Below are positions 62,953-64,000 of a stretch of DNA of 64,000 nt, one piece after another. The notes under the pieces were generated by a model. It was not told the origin of the DNA. It saw only the letters and a program-made list of their open reading frames with translations, and made no database searches. A program made the position numbers and the translations under genes. This stretch comes from the human T2T-CHM13v2.0 reference genome, Homo sapiens. The stretch lies in assembly GCF_009914755.1 (NCBI RefSeq), contig NC_060929.1. One strand, 5' to 3'. Every line of letters begins with the position of its first letter. Position 1 is the first letter of the stretch.

Positions 62953-63674
62953 AAAACCAACCTGAAAGAGCTTAGAATGGCCAAAGCTGGAACAATTTAA
63001 GCAACAAAATAAATAATGTTGTGTGGTCTTATAACGCAAAGAATAAATTAAATATCCTTGAGTCTACAGTGATATAAATGATTGAATAAATAAATGGAGA
63101 GAAGAGATAAAACTTCCTTACAGAATTCCAAATAATATATGTAAATACTTTCCTCTTCCCGGGGGTGAAGCTAACTTCCCCTCCCCTTGATATGGGCTAG
63201 ACTTAAACAATAACTTTATAATGGAGAAATCTGGCAGATTTCCCTTCCCTCAACCAAGTGATCAAGGTTCATGTCACAGGAATACCTCATGCTGGCCCCA
63301 TGGGCCCCCGATGGGATGCCATGAACATGGCAATCCACCTCAGTGGTATTCTTTCCAAATGCTCCTCATGAGAAGTATTAGACTATCCCAAATTGTGAGA
63401 CATTCTATAAAATACCTGCTTAATATGTCTCAAAACTGTCAAGGCCATGCAAAGCAAGGGAAGACTGAGAAATGGTCATAGATTGGAAGAGACTAAGAAG
63501 ACAGCACAATCAAATGCAACGTGTGTCCTAGATGGACCGTGGAATAGGAAAAGGACATTAGAGAGAAGAAATGGGTGAAATCTAAGGTGTAATTTAGTTT
63601 TAAAAAAAAAAAGCATAATCACAAAGTCACTTACCACCAAATAAGATATAGCCTTGTTATTTTTTAGAATGGAT

Positions 63675-64000
63675 TTATTTTTTTAACTGAGGTGAAATTC
63701 ACATAATCATTAACATAAAATTAACCATTTTAAAGTGAACAATTCAGTGGCATTAAGTACATTCATAATGTTATACAATCACCCCATTTTCAAAACACTG
63801 TCATCACCCCAAAAGGAACTCCTGTATCCTTTCCTCCCTAACCCCAGCTCCTGCAACCACCAGTCTGCTTTGTTTCTGTGGGATTTATCTATTCTGTATA
63901 TTTCACATAAGCAGAATCAACACCACTTGTGATTTCCTTGCCCTTTGTCTGGTTCCTTTCACTCAGCATGATGTGTTTGAGACTCATGCACGTTGGCGTG
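63675..64000 (-). mobile_element. L1MB 3' end fragment
   Basis: taacataaaattaaccattttaaagtgaacaattcagtggcattaagtacattcataatg...tttcactcagcatgatg. Confidence 0.85.

Overview
Human genomic DNA, inferred from Alu/L1PA content and a human-specific SVA_F1. The window lies inside the minus-strand gene COL23A1 (transmembrane collagen XXIII, 5q35.3). The only clear host coding sequence is a 67-nt exon at 55924-55990 (KLDGLAKIRTAREAPSECVCPPG, carrying the furin shedding site), recognised as exon 2; 1-55923 is therefore intron 2 and 55991-64000 intron 1. The rest is repeat-rich intron: about 30 Alus, L1M/L1PA fragments, MIRs, MLT1/MLT2 LTRs, MER5A, MER20, Tigger3. Highlights: (1) a sense-oriented solo LTR12F about 1.3 kb upstream of exon 2, with six CCAAT boxes and two nested Alus, which supplies a promoter, an ATG, an open frame and a phase-0 splice donor in frame with exon 2 (candidate TE-built alternative first or cassette exon); (2) a sense MAST2-SVA_F1 with an intact MAST2 exon-1 fusion ORF and a collapsed VNTR; (3) a near-perfect 24x60-bp MIR-derived CpG-rich VNTR; (4) a 12x47-bp VNTR with higher-order structure and 10 HRE cores just downstream of exon 2; (5) an Alu-L1PA junction sharing one TSD; (6) two cases of target-site reuse. 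Repeat boundaries and subfamily calls are by eye and approximate. No database search was run.
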